A stretch of 64,000 bases of DNA, taken from positions 5,743,492 to 5,807,491 of the forward strand of contig NC_090418.1 in the NCBI RefSeq assembly GCF_036365525.1, in the 5' to 3' direction. The DNA is from Heterodontus francisci. Taxonomy: Eukaryota. The notes beneath the pieces were generated by a model. That model searched no databases and was not told the DNA's origin. It was given only the letters and a program-made list of their open reading frames with translations. The translations under genes were made by a program, and so were the position numbers. This document shows positions 25,465 through 38,171 of this stretch, piece by piece (the first letter of the stretch is position 1; each line of letters starts with the position of its first letter).

Positions 25465-25705
25465 TCGGGTTGCCAACCCTCCAGGAGAGTCCTGGAGCTG
25501 CCAGGGGTTAAAGATTAATCTCCCGGACCACTGCTGTGAGAAACCTGGGCCAAAAAATATCATGAGCACATCAAAAACAAAATTGTCTTTTTATTGGACT
25601 TTTTTTTTTGTCTTTGTGTATTGGTGGGAGGAGCCTGCGTCGGGCGGGGCTGGAGGTTATATGATGAAACCTCCAGGAAAAGTCCAACTGGAGTTGGCAA
25701 CCCTC
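25465..25705. mobile_element. MITE, hAT-like TIRs (second copy)
   Basis: gggttgccaacc ... gagttggcaaccc; internal similarity to 15359-15599. Confidence 0.65.
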
Positions 25706-26019
25706 TAACCTCATCCTGAGATGTGGAGGCTCAGTCTAAAAATAGGCACAGGAAATGCATGATGACTTCAGTCTTCCCAGTACCCACTGCGTGGGGGGAA
25801 TAGGAAAACCAAATAACCTGTGCACCAAGTTCATTTCTATTTTAAGAACTGACAGGAACTAAGGGAAGGCTTCGTAAATCAGTCTTTTATGTCCCATCCC
25901 TGGAATGTTCTTTTTAAGGTCGGCTGGTAAACCATAGAGGGCTGGAAACTGGATTCTTATTTTCTTCCAAATATCTAACTTCTTGTGGACGGGTTTAACC
26001 TTTCAAACCAGTTAAAGCA

Positions 26020-26830
26020 AGAGCGAACCTGCATTTCTATAGCACCTTTCACATCCTCAGGATATTTTGGCCAGAGCAGTACTTTTGAGGTGTAGTCACT
26101 AAAGTAGGAAACGAAGCAGCCATTTTGTGCACAGCAAGATCCCACAAACTGCGATTGAGTTAATGGCCAGATAATTTTTTTTTATTATTGATTTCAATTG
26201 AGATATTAGTACTGGCCAGGATATGGCAGAGAACTCCCCTGTGCTGCTCCTCGGAATCGTGGCTGCGGGATCTTTTACGTCCACCCGAGAGGGAAGCTGG
26301 GATCTCAGTTTAACATTTTATTTTATTTTTTTATTTATTTATAGATACAGCACTGAAACAGGCCCTTCGGCCCACCGAGTCTGTGCCGCCCATCAACCAC
26401 CCATTTACACTAATCCGACATTAATCCCATATTCCTACCACATCCCCAACTTCCCTCAATTCCCCTACCACCTACCCATACTAGGGGCAATTTACAATGG
26501 CCAATTTACCTTTCAACCTGCAAGTCTTTGGCTGTGGGAGGAAACCGGAGCACCTGGCGGAAATCCACGCGGTCACAGGGAGAACTTGCAAACTCTGCAT
26601 AGGCAGTACCCAGAATTGAACCCGGGTCGCTGGAGCTGTGAGGCTGCGGTGCTAACCACTGCGCCACTGTGCCGCACCCCCCCCCCCATCTCACATCCCA
26701 TCCAAAAGACGGCACCTCCGACAGGGCAGCGCCCCCTCAGTACTGCACAGGGAGTATCAGCCCAGATCTTGTGCTCGTGTCTTGGCTTAGTCATGAGTGA
26801 TGTCCCGTGAGCCACGGCTGACACCATTTG
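26020..26830 (-). mobile_element. Deu-domain SINE split by an HE1 SINE
   Basis: gggatcttttacgtccacccgagagg...gtttaacat resumes as catccaaaagacggcacctccgacag after the insert. Confidence 0.75.
26316..26678 (-). mobile_element. Full-length HE1-type V-SINE
   Basis: Reverse complement of the 10403 copy, with an (AAAT)-type tail. Confidence 0.85.
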
Positions 26831-28019
26831 CAAACAAACATGCTCGCTAAGTTTACACATTTAGTAATGTCCAAACACGTTAACTGAAAGAGTTTCCTGT
26901 CTAGTTTTTAGGATCCCTGCCCCTAGCTGGGTTCAGGGTTTTAAAATGATGGGGAGTAGCTGATGCAGCAGTCTGGGGCACTGGCCCTTAACCTCTAGGA
27001 TCTGGGTTGAACATGGTTGAAAGTCAGGCTTGTAAGGTTCAGTGTGAAAGAAATCTGGGCAATCCCCACTCGCAGGTGTAACTTGATCAGAGGCAGGGAG
27101 CGAGCACAAAACTGGGTTCTGATTTGGCCATCTCACTTGGGGTAGCTGGTGTGAATAATGTCGCAGGTGCATCCGCTGGTACCTTGGCGTAGAATGGAGG
27201 GATGGCCAAAAAGCTTGACAATCTGCCAGATGAATCGAATATCATTCTCTGTTTACCAAATCTGCTCCTGGTATGGCACATCAATACTGCAGCAGCTTGT
27301 GTATAATTGCTCTTGTGTTGATATGCCGTCCAGTTTGGGTCTGTGTTGAAGTGCGAGGTAGCTTTATTGGACCTGGCTACAGAGTCTCCGTATTGGGCTG
27401 CCCAGGGAAATGAGCATTTGCAAACTTTAGGTTTGGTCCATGGCTGGCTGAATTTCAATTGAGTCATCAAGCCACTGCTACAGTTGCATGTCTATCTAGC
27501 ACAGAGCCAGTCATTGATTCTGAGCCACTGAGTTTTCATGTGGTGTTTGTACAGTACGTACCTGCCATGTGCAGTTTGTGGCATCTCCGCTGACAATTTA
27601 CCCCTGTCGTCCTCTTGGGTTGCTCTGCGTTCAGGTCCTGCTGGATCAAGCGGAAAGGCCTCGATGTCACCTTCATTTCATCTTCCTGATGTATCACTTG
27701 CTCACCTCCTCTCTTCACCCCAGTCTTGGTTTCTTGCCAAGGCTTCTCTGTTTTACAAAATGTTATAACCAAGACTGTCATCGGTAGAGCGACAGTAAAA
27801 ACACGTTGCTATATGTTTAATGTTGACCTGTGTTTGCTGCTGAAGGGAATGAGCTAAAAAGCCCTGTTTTCACCTGTTACTTGTGCACTGTGTCTCGCTC
27901 GGTCGTGTGACTGCTCATTTCCCTCTCGTCCTAGCCCCTCCAACTGCCCCACTCTCCGCCTGCCCCCTCTTTCCCCACCACATCCCCCACTCTTTCCTCC
28001 CATTCCCCTACGTCTTCCC

Positions 28020-31000
28020 TTCTAACCCCCCTCTCTTCTAACCCCCCCTCTCTTCTAACCCCCCCTCTCTTCTAACCCCCCCTCTCTTCTAACCCCCCCT
28101 CTCTTCTAACCCCCCCTCTCTTCTAACCCCCCCTCTCTTCTAACCCCCCCTCTCTTCTAACCCCCCCTCTCTTCTAACCCCCCCTCTCTTCTAACCCCCC
28201 CTCTCTTCTAACCCCCCCTCTCTTCTAACCCCCCCTCTCTTCTAACCCCCCCTCTCTTCTAACCCCCCCTCTCTTCTAACCCCCCCTCTCTTCTAACCCC
28301 CCCTCTCTTCTAACCCCCCCTCTCTTCTAACCCCCCCTCTCTTCTAACCCCCCCTCTCTTCTAACCCCCCCTCTCTTCTAACCCCCCCTCTCTTCTAACC
28401 CCCCCTCTCTTCTAACCCCCCCTCTCTTCTAACCCCCCCTCTCTTCTAACCCCCCCTCTCTTCTAACCCCCCCTCTCTTCTAACCCCCCCTCTCTTCTAA
28501 CCCCCCCTCTCTTCTAACCCCCCCTCTCTTCTAACCCCCCCTCTCTTCTAACCCCCCCTCTCTTCTAACCCCCCCTCTCTTCTAACCCCCCCTCTCTTCT
28601 AACCCCCCCTCTCTTCTAACCCCCCCTCTCTTCTAACCCCCCCTCTCTTCTAACCCCCCCTCTCTTCTAACCCCCCCTCTCTTCTAACCCCCCCTCTCTT
28701 CTAACCCCCCCTCTCTTCTAACCCCCCCTCTCTTCTAACCCCCCCTCTCTTCTAACCCCCCCTCTCTTCTAACCCCCCCTCTCTTCTAACCCCCCCTCTC
28801 TTCTAACCCCCCCTCTCTTCTAACCCCCCCTCTCTTCTAACCCCCCCTCTCTTCTAACCCCCCCTCTCTTCTAACCCCCCCTCTCTTCTAACCCCCCCTC
28901 TCTTCTAACCCCCCCTCTCTTCTAACCCCCCCTCTCTTCTAACCCCCCCTCTCTTCTAACCCCCCCTCTCTTCTAACCCCCCCTCTCTTCTAACCCCCCC
29001 TCTCTTCTAACCCCCCCTCTCTTCTAACCCCCCCTCTCTTCTAACCCCCCCTCTCTTCTAACCCCCCCTCTCTTCTAACCCCCCCTCTCTTCTAACCCCC
29101 CCTCTCTTCTAACCCCCCCTCTCTTCTAACCCCCCCTCTCTTCTAACCCCCCCTCTCTTCTAACCCCCCCTCTCTTCTAACCCCCCCTCTCTTCTAACCC
29201 CCCCTCTCTTCTAACCCCCCCTCTCTTCTAACCCCCCCTCTCTTCTAACCCCCCCTCTCTTCTAACCCCCCCTCTCTTCTAACCCCCCCTCTCTTCTAAC
29301 CCCCCCTCTCTTCTAACCCCCCCTCTCTTCTAACCCCCCCTCTCTTCTAACCCCCCCTCTCTTCTAACCCCCCCTCTCTTCTAACCCCCCCTCTCTTCTA
29401 ACCCCCCCTCTCTTCTAACCCCCCCTCTCTTCTAACCCCCCCTCTCTTCTAACCCCCCCTCTCTTCTAACCCCCCCTCTCTTCTAACCCCCCCTCTCTTC
29501 TAACCCCCCCTCTCTTCTAACCCCCCCTCTCTTCTAACCCCCCCTCTCTTCTAACCCCCCCTCTCTTCTAACCCCCCCTCTCTTCTAACCCCCCCTCTCT
29601 TCTAACCCCCCCTCTCTTCTAACCCCCCCTCTCTTCTAACCCCCCCTCTCTTCTAACCCCCCCTCTCTTCTAACCCCCCCTCTCTTCTAACCCCCCCTCT
29701 CTTCTAACCCCCCCTCTCTTCTAACCCCCCCTCTCTTCTAACCCCCCCTCTCTTCTAACCCCCCCTCTCTTCTAACCCCCCCTCTCTTCTAACCCCCCCT
29801 CTCTTCTAACCCCCCCTCTCTTCTAACCCCCCCTCTCTTCTAACCCCCCCTCTCTTCTAACCCCCCCTCTCTTCTAACCCCCCCTCTCTTCTAACCCCCC
29901 CTCTCTTCTAACCCCCCCTCTCTTCTAACCCCCCCTCTCTTCTAACCCCCCCTCTCTTCTAACCCCCCCTCTCTTCTAACCCCCCCTCTCTTCTAACCCC
30001 CCCTCTCTTCTAACCCCCCCTCTCTTCTAACCCCCCCTCTCTTCTAACCCCCCCTCTCTTCTAACCCCCCCTCTCTTCTAACCCCCCCTCTCTTCTAACC
30101 CCCCCTCTCTTCTAACCCCCCCTCTCTTCTAACCCCCCCTCTCTTCTAACCCCCCCTCTCTTCTAACCCCCCCTCTCTTCTAACCCCCCCTCTCTTCTAA
30201 CCCCCCCTCTCTTCTAACCCCCCCTCTCTTCTAACCCCCCCTCTCTTCTAACCCCCCCTCTCTTCTAACCCCCCCTCTCTTCTAACCCCCCCTCTCTTCT
30301 AACCCCCCTCTCTTCTAACCCCCCCTCTCTTCTAACCCCCCCTCTCTTCTAACCCCCCCTCTCTTCTAACCCCCCCTCTCTTCTAACCCCCCCTCTCTTC
30401 TAACCCCCCCTCTCTTCTAACCCCCCCTCTCTTCTAACCCCCCCTCTCTTCTAACCCCCCCTCTCTTCTAACCCCCCCTCTCTTCTAACCCCCCCTCTCT
30501 TCTAACCCCCCCTCTCTTCTAACCCCCCCTCTCTTCTAACCCCCCCTCTCTTCTAACCCCCCCTCTCTTCTAACCCCCCCTCTCTTCTAACCCCCCCTCT
30601 CTTCTAACCCCCCCTCTCTTCTAACCCCCCCTCTCTTCTAACCCCCCCTCTCTTCTAACCCCCCCTCTCTTCTAACCCCCCCTCTCTTCTAACCCCCCCT
30701 CTCTTCTAACCCCCCCTCTCTTCTAACCCCCCCTCTCTTCTAACCCCCCCTCTCTTCTAACCCCCCCTCTCTTCTAACCCCCCCTCTCTTCTAACCCCCC
30801 CTCTCTTCTAACCCCCCCTCTCTTCTAACCCCCCCTCTCTTCTAACCCCCCCTCTCTTCTAACCCCCCCTCTCTTCTAACCCCCCCTCTCTTCTAACCCC
30901 CCCTCTCTTCTAACCCCCCCTCTCTTCTAACCCCCCCTCTCTTCTAACCCCCCCTCTCTTCTAACCCCCCCTCTCTTCTAACCCCCCCCTCTCTTCTAAC

Positions 31001-33520
31001 CCCCCCCTCTCTTCTAACCCCCCCCTCTCTTCTAACCCCCCCCTCTCTTCTAACCCCCCCCTCTCTTCTAACCCCCCCCTCTCTTCTAACCCCCCCCTCT
31101 CTTCTAACCCCCCCCTCTCTTCTAACCCCCCCCTCTCTTCTAACCCCCCCCTCTCTTCTAACCCCCCCCTCTCTTCTAACCCCCCCCTCTCTTCTAACCC
31201 CCCCCTCTCTTCTAACCCCCCCCTCTCTTCTAACCCCCCCCTCTCTTCTAACCCCCCCCTCTCTTCTAACCCCCCCCTCTCTTCTAACCCCCCCCTCTCT
31301 TCTAACCCCCCCCTCTCTTCTAACCCCCCCCTCTCTTCTAACCCCCCCCTCTCTTCTAACCCCCCCCTCTCTTCTCAACCCCCCCCTCTCTTCTCATCCC
31401 CCCCCTCTCTTCTCATCCCCCCCCTCTCTTCTCATCCCCCCCCTCTCTTCTCATCCCCCCCCTCTCTTCTCATCCCCCCCCTCTCTTCTCATCCCCCCCC
31501 TCTCTTCTCATCCCCCCCCTCTCTTCTCATCCCCCCCCTCTCTTCTCATCCCCCCCCTCTCTTCTCATCCCCCCCTCTCTTCTCATCCCCCCCCTCTCTT
31601 CTCATCCCCCCCCTCTCTTCTCATCCCCCCCCTCTCTTCTCATCCCCCCCCTCTCTTCTCATCCCCCCCCTCTCTTCTCATCCCCCCCCTCTCTTCTCAT
31701 CCCCCCCCTCTCTTCTCATCTCCCCCCCTCTCTTCTCATCCCCCCCCTCTCTTCTCATCCCCCCCCTCTCTTCTCATCCCCCCCCTCTCTTCTCATCCCC
31801 CCCCTCTCTTCTCATCCCCCCCCTCTCTTCTCATCCCCCCCCTCTCTTCTCATCCCCCCCCTCTCTTCTCATCCCCCCCCTCTCTTCTCATCCCCCCCCT
31901 CTCTTCTCATCCCCCCCCTCTCTTCTCATCCCCCCCCTCTCTTCTCATCCCCCCCCTCTCTTCTCATCCCCCCCCTCTCTTCTCATCCCCCCCCTCTCTT
32001 CTCATCCCCCCCCTCTCTTCTCATCCCCCCCCTCTCTTCTCATCCCCCCCCTCTCTTCTCATCCCCCCCCTCTCTTCTCATCCCCCCCCTCTCTTCTCAT
32101 CCCCCCCCTCTCTTCTCATCCCCCCCCTCTCTTCTCATCCCCCCCCTCTCTTCTCATCCCCCCCCTCTCTTCTCATCCCCCCCCTCTCTTCTCATCCCCC
32201 CCCTCTCTTCTCATCCCCCCCCCTCTCTTCTCATCCCCCCCCTCTCTTCTCATCCCCCCCCCTCTCTTCTCATCCCCCCCCTCTCTTCTCATCCCCCCCC
32301 TCTCTTCTCATCCCCCCCCTCTCTTCTCATCCCCCCCCTCTCTTCTCATCCCCCCCCTCTCTTCTCATCCCCCCCCTCTCTTCTCATCCCCCCCCTCTCT
32401 TCTCATCCCCCCCCCTCTCTTCTCATCCCCCCCCTCTCTTCTCATCCCCCCCCTCTCTTCTCATCCCCCCCCTCTCTTCTCATCCCCCCCCTCTCTTCTC
32501 ATCCCCCCCCTCTCTTCTCATCCCCCCCCTCTCTTCTCATCCCCCCCCTCTCTTCTCATCCCCCCCCTCTCTTCTCATCCCCCCCCTCTCTTCTCATCCC
32601 CCCCCTCTCTTCTCATCCCCCCCCTCTCTTCTCATCCCCCCCCTCTCTTCTCATCCCCCCCCTCTCTTCTCATCCCCCCCCTCTCTTCTCATCCCCCCCC
32701 TCTCTTCTCATCCCCCCCCTCTCTTCTCATCCCCCCCCTCTCTTCTCATCCCCCCCCTCTCTTCTCATCCCCCCCTCTCTTCTCATCCCCCCCCTCTCTT
32801 CTCATCCCCCCCCTCTCTTCTCATCCCCCCCCTCTCTTCTCATCCCCCCCCTCTCTTCTCATCCCCCCCCTCTCTTCTCATCCCCCCCCTCTCTTCTCAT
32901 CCCCCCCCTCTCTTCTCATCCCCCCCCTCTCTTCTCATCCCCCCCCTCTCTTCTCATCCCCCCCCTCTCTTCTCATCCCCCCCCTCTCTTCTCATCCCCC
33001 CCCTCTCTTCTCATCCCCCCCCTCTCTTCTCATCCCCCCCCTCTCTTCTCATCCCCCCCCTCTCTTCTCATCCCCCCCCTCTCTTCTCATCCCCCCCCTC
33101 TCTTCTCATCCCCCCCCTCTCTTCTCATCCCCCCCCTCTCTTCTCATCCCCCCCCTCTCTTCTCATCCCCCCCCTCTCTTCTCATCCCCCCCCCTCTCTT
33201 CTCATCCCCCCCCTCTCTTCTCATCCCCCCCCTCTCTTCTCATCCCCCCCCTCTCTTCTCATCCCCCCCCTCTCTTCTCATCCCCCCCCTCTCTTCTCAT
33301 CCCCCCCCTCTCTTCTCATCCCCCCCCTCTCTTCTCATCCCCCCCCTCTCTTCTCATCCCCCCCCTCTCTTCTCATCCCCCCCCTCTCTTCTCATCCCCC
33401 CCCTCTCTTCTCATCCCCCCCCTCTCTTCTCATCCCCCCCCTCTCTTCTCATCCCCCCCCTCTCTTCTCATCCCCCCCCTCTCTTCTCATCCCCCCCCTC
33501 TCTTCTCATCCCCCCCCTCT
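28020..33520. repeat. 5.5 kb C-rich satellite: TCTCTTCTAAC7 (17 bp) then TCTCTTCTAAC8 (18 bp) then TCTCTTCTCATC8 (19 bp)
   Basis: Direct reading; switches near 30980 and 31375; roughly 300 units in total. Confidence 0.97.
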
Positions 33521-33573
33521 TCATCCAAATGTTGCAGCCTGTATCCTCACTGAACCATCTACTCGATTTGCAG

Positions 33574-33703
33574 ATCATTGTGACAGTGTGGAAGAGGGAT
33601 CAGGAGAAAGCAGAGGTGCGGGAGCAAGGCTACTTGACCATTCTACAGAATCGAAATCCCTCCCAAATTTTCCGAGAAGATCAAAGCACCTTCAAAGCTC
33701 AAG
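33574..33703 (+). CDS. TRAPPC14: TRAPPC14 exon 3 (IIVTVWKRDQEKAEVREQGYLTILQNRNPSQIFREDQSTFKAQ)
   Basis: Acceptor tttgcag at 33573; donor CAAG|gtatgc; 130 nt, phase 0 to 1. Confidence 0.93.
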
Positions 33704-34099
33704 GTATGCTGCTGGCAGGCAGCCCAGCAATATAACACTGCAGGCAGAGTAGTGAATATCCCAGAAGCACTGCAGGAGATTAAAGCCAAATATGTTTGCA
33801 ATATGTAGAGGTCAGTACAAAGACGATTTTTTTTTGTTGCTGTTGCATTTCATCAAATGAAAGATATTGACACAGAGAAATGGAAGAATTTTCATTGTTA
33901 TGCTGTGGCTGAGAGATTCTGAAGCAATGAGTGTGGAACCTACACACAGCCCCTTATACTCAGCCATGACGTACATCCATATTTTAAGTTGCAGTCGAGT
34001 TCCTCAAATGAGAAGGAAACTGTTGACAGTGTGTTTTAAGTACTGTTGAAATGTCCTGCTTGACCCTGAACTGAACTTCCGATCCCTTATCTTTTTAGT

Positions 34100-34391
34100 C
34101 ATCTGTGTCCACCTTCCTAACATTGCCCCACCTCGTGCCCTGGCTCAGCCCATCAGCTGAAATCCTCAGCCCTGCCTTTGTTACCTCCAGACTCCATGAG
34201 TCCAGTGCTCTCCTGGCTGGTCTCCCACCTTACATGAAATAAGTTCACCTAGAACTATGCTGCCTGTATTCTAACTTGCAGCGAGCCCCATTAACCCGTT
34301 GATACTACCCCCTGACCTACGTTGGCTCCCGGTCTCGCAACATCTCAATTTAAAAATTCTTACCCTTGCTTTCAAATCCCTCTGTGACCTT

Positions 34392-34431
<40 letters not shown>

Positions 34432-34775
34432 ACCTCCTCGGGGCCCCACAACCCTCCAAAATCTCTGCACTCTTCCAATTCTGGTCTCTTGCGCATCCCT
34501 GATTTTTATTGTTCTGCCATTGGTGGCCATGCCTTCAGATGCCAGGGCCCTAAGCTCTGGAATTCTCTCCCTAAACCTCTCCGGATCCCTTTCTTGTCTG
34601 CTCCTTAAGATCTCTTCAACCAGGCTTTTGGTCACCTGTCCTAATATCATCGCTGGTAACATCCTGTCCTAATACCTCCTCCTATGGCTCAATGTCAAAT
34701 TTTGTTAGTGCTCCTGTGAAGAGCCTAGGGATGTTTTACTACGTTAAAGGCACTATGTAAATGTATGTTGTTGTC
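34100..34775 (+). mobile_element. L2 3' fragment containing a (CT)n microsatellite (34395-34428)
   Basis: LRWLPVSQHLNLKILTLAFKSL; GGHAFRCQGPKLWNSLP; L2 tail. Confidence 0.8.
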
Positions 34776-34929
34776 TCCAATATTAAGCTTGGTGCTTTTG
34801 GACCACTCCTCCCCCATTCCTCCCAGAACGTGCACACTCATATCCATTGTACGAGGGGCTTCCATTCATGTTCAATGGGACTGGTGTTCCGACTGGGCTA
34901 GGGACTTCAGTTGATACCCAAAAGAGACC

Positions 34930-35800
34930 TTTGTGTCCATATACGCAAATTCTGAAAACTGGCAGGGCAAATTGCTAAGTTGGTTAAAAAGAATAGGGGT
35001 TACTGGGTTTATAAATAGCGGAATAAAATATAAAAGCAAAGAGATTATGCTGGAACTTTATTACTCACTAGTTAAGCCTCAGCTGGAGTATTGTGGACAA
35101 TTTTGGACACCACTCTTCAGGAAAGATGCAAAGGGCATGGAGGAGGTTTACCAGGGTGTTACCAGCGATGAGGGACTTTTTTTTAAAATTCATTTGTGGG
35201 CGTCGCTGGCTGGGCTCATCCCTAATTGCCCTTGAACTGAGTGGCTTGCTAGGCCATTTCAGAGGGTAGTTAAGAGCCAACCACATTGCTGTGGGTCTGG
35301 AGACGCATGTAGGCCAGACCAGGTAAGGATGGCAGATTTCCTTCCCTAAAGGGCGCTAGTGAACCACAATTACAACATTCGACAATGGTTTCATGGTCAC
35401 CATTAGACCAGCTGTTCCAGATTTATTAATTGAATTCAGATTTCACCATCTGCACCATCAAGATGATGAGCGGTTTTGATCGGGCAGAGAGAGAAAAACT
35501 ATTCCCTGTGGTGAGTGGGTCAATAACCAGAGGTCATAGATTCAAAATCACCGGCAAAAGATCCAGAGGGGAGATGAGGAGAAATTCTTTCACTTAGTTT
35601 TCAGGATCTGGTATGCTTGACCTGAACAGGTAGCGGAAGCTGATTCCATGAAGAATTTGAAAAGGCAGTTAAACAGGCATTTGAGGATGAGGAATTTACA
35701 GGGTTGCAGATAAATAGCAGGTGTGTGGGATTAAGCGCGACTGCTCTTTCAAAAGGCCAGCACAGACCTGGCAGGCCGAGTGGCCTCCTGCTGTGCTGTA
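34930..35800 (+). mobile_element. CR1 3' fragment interrupted by a minus-strand MetaSINE-type copy (about 35176-35455)
   Basis: GIKYKSKEIMLELYYSLVKPQLEYCGQFW before the SINE; CR1 tail sequence after it. Confidence 0.75.
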
Positions 35801-36235
35801 AGTTTCGCAAGACTAGTTTGAATAGTGTTTCTGTACCAGAAACGAGTATTTAACTCTCGAGTGCTGAGTACAATTGAAGTGGAGTCTCCACGGAATGCAA
35901 ACCAAAGACAGTTACCTCTGATTATCAAGTGTAGGTTGCGGGGGTGGGGGGGGGGGGGCGGGGGTGGGGGGAGGGTGGTAGTGGTGGTGGGAACGATCGC
36001 AAAACAGGCAGAGTCAAGTTGACTGAGTTATGCTGACATCAGTGGAGTGGGATATCTGGTGGAGCAAATAACAGGCAATCGATTGGAAACCACTTGTTTT
36101 GTGTCCCCGCCCAAGTCCAGTTTCAGCTCCACCTTCCCTCCCCACCCCCACCACATCTCTCCTGTCTGATGATTATGAATGCAGATTGATCTATTTGTTG
36201 TTTTTTATGCCTCTTATACCCTCCTCCTCCCACAG

Positions 36236-36322
36236 TGAGTACGCTGCTAACAGTGCTGCCACCTCCAACAGTCAAGTGTCGACAACTCAGCGTCTCGGGG
36301 AAACAGCTGACGGTAATTAAAG
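36236..36322 (+). CDS. TRAPPC14: TRAPPC14 exon 4 (VSTLLTVLPPPTVKCRQLSVSGKQLTVIK)
   Basis: Acceptor cctcccacag; donor AAAG|gtaatg; 87 nt, phase 1 to 1. Confidence 0.94.
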
Positions 36323-36907
36323 GTAATGATGTCGATCGTTGCACTTTGCAGCAATCAGGAGAGATTCTTTTTCCAGCTTCTCAGAAATGTTCCCTTAACA
36401 TACGCAGCGGGCCGATCACAGATTAAGGATCAAGCATTTAATTGTATCAATGCATGAATGTTATCTTGTGCGCTGCGAGGACCGAACCCCACTTGAAGTG
36501 CTCAATGTTTCAACTTTCTCCTCCCTTTGCAGCTTTCATCAATCTCCTAGTTTACATATTATCCTCAAAAAGTGGTGCGGAAGGTTCAGACTAAGTTATC
36601 CTTTTGCAAATGCATGGAATGACATAAAATTCACAGCATAAAAACAAGCCATTTGGCCCAAATGGTCCAGACAAACCTCCTCTTACTCTTCATCTCATCC
36701 CATCACTGTATTCCTTTCTCCCTTATGTGTTTATCCAGTTTCCCCTTCAATGTATTGACACTATTCACCTCAATCATTCCCTGTGGTAGCGGGTTCCACA
36801 TTCTCACTACTCTCTGGGGGAAGACGTTTCTCCTGAATTCCTGATTGTATTTATTAGTGACTGTCTTATATTCATGGCCCCTAGTTTTGGGCACCCCCGC
36901 AAGTGGA

Positions 36908-37254
36908 GGGCGGCGCAGTGGCTAACACCGCAGCCTCACAGCTCCAGGGACCCGGGTTCGGTTTTGGGTACTGCCTGTGCGGAGTTTGCAAGTTCTCCCT
37001 GTGACCGCGTGGGTTTCCTGCGGGTGCTCCGGTTTCCTCCCGCATGCCAAAGACTTGTGGGTTGATAGGTAAATTGGCCATTGTAAAGGTTGTCCCTAGT
37101 GTAGGTAGGTGGTAGGAGAATTGGCGGAAAGGTGGGGATGTGAGAGGGAAAATAGGATTAATGTAGGATTAGTATAAATGGGTGGTTGATGGTCGGCGCG
37201 GACTCGTTGGGCCAAACGGCCTGTTTCGGTGTTGTATCTCTCTATGACTCTATG
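36908..37254 (+). mobile_element. HE1-type V-SINE with 7-bp TSD aagtgga, inserted in a minus-strand CR1 tail (from about 36630)
   Basis: TSD at 36901-36907 and 37255-37261; B box, V-domain and tail present. Confidence 0.88.
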
Positions 37255-38171
37255 AAGTGGAAACATCACTTCTCCCCACTCAATGCAGTGATCAATTTCA
37301 GTGGCTCTCCCAGTTTACTGTTCTATTCCCATTAATGTAACAGGACGTGAAGAGCCTGCCTCGCAGGTCTCAGACTGTTTCTTGATTAAGTAATGATCAT
37401 ATGGGAGTCATGGCTGATTCTCTCCTCTTCCCCACCCCCTCCCCGACTCACTCGCCCTTCTCTAAGCCCTTCCTGGCTGATCTCTGTTACGTTGGTGCAG
37501 AACAACCATGTGTCTTTAAAACTCATTCACTCCATCCCCTCCCTAGGCTGATCACCGGTGACCAATCTGATCCTGAGCAGCATTGTTCAGCATTAAAATC
37601 AATGGATGGAAAGTTTTAGTGGGACTGTCCGATCTTTCTCTTTGGTTCTTCTCGGGTCAGACACGGAGCGACTATCAGTCATTGACACAAGACAGTTCGC
37701 TTAATAAAACATTGTCAGCCTTTTTAAACGCTTTCTTTCCATTAACCATTCGTTAAATCATGATGCATGATACGAGCCTCGACTCTCAAGGCCTTCCCCC
37801 CCCCCCCCCCCCCAAAGTTCACAAATATTTGCATCAGCTTCATCATTTGTGATTGGGGAACAGTTGCATTGTAGAGGTGTGCATCCAGCCAGATGGTTCA
37901 TTTGTACCAGTTAATGGGGGTTATCGCAAAATTAAGTGAGAGCTGGGAGGACGGAATGTATGGAGAGTGAGGAATGTTACATGATGCTGGGAGCTGGAGT
38001 CACAACTGCAAGATGCTGAGCTGCCATTGGAAGGGCAGTCAGTCCCATGTCTGAGGGTTCACCTTCAATGTTCCGTCATCTAGAGCGATAATTTCTTACT
38101 GTGGTCTGGAGTCCTGAGAAGGGCCAAACAGCTTCTCCATTACTTACTTTGTGCTGCTTGCTTGGGGTATA

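Noticed and set aside
25759-25852. C/D box snoRNA candidate (ATGATGA...CTGA)
   Set aside because: No terminal stem or recognisable rRNA guide, and far from a 3' splice site. A similar candidate near 21193 is too short.
28020-31375. Interstitial telomere
   Set aside because: Only one TAACCC hexamer per 17-18 bp unit; no tandem (TTAGGG)n.
30944-31378. (VRREGG)n ORF
   Set aside because: Translation of the 18-bp satellite block.
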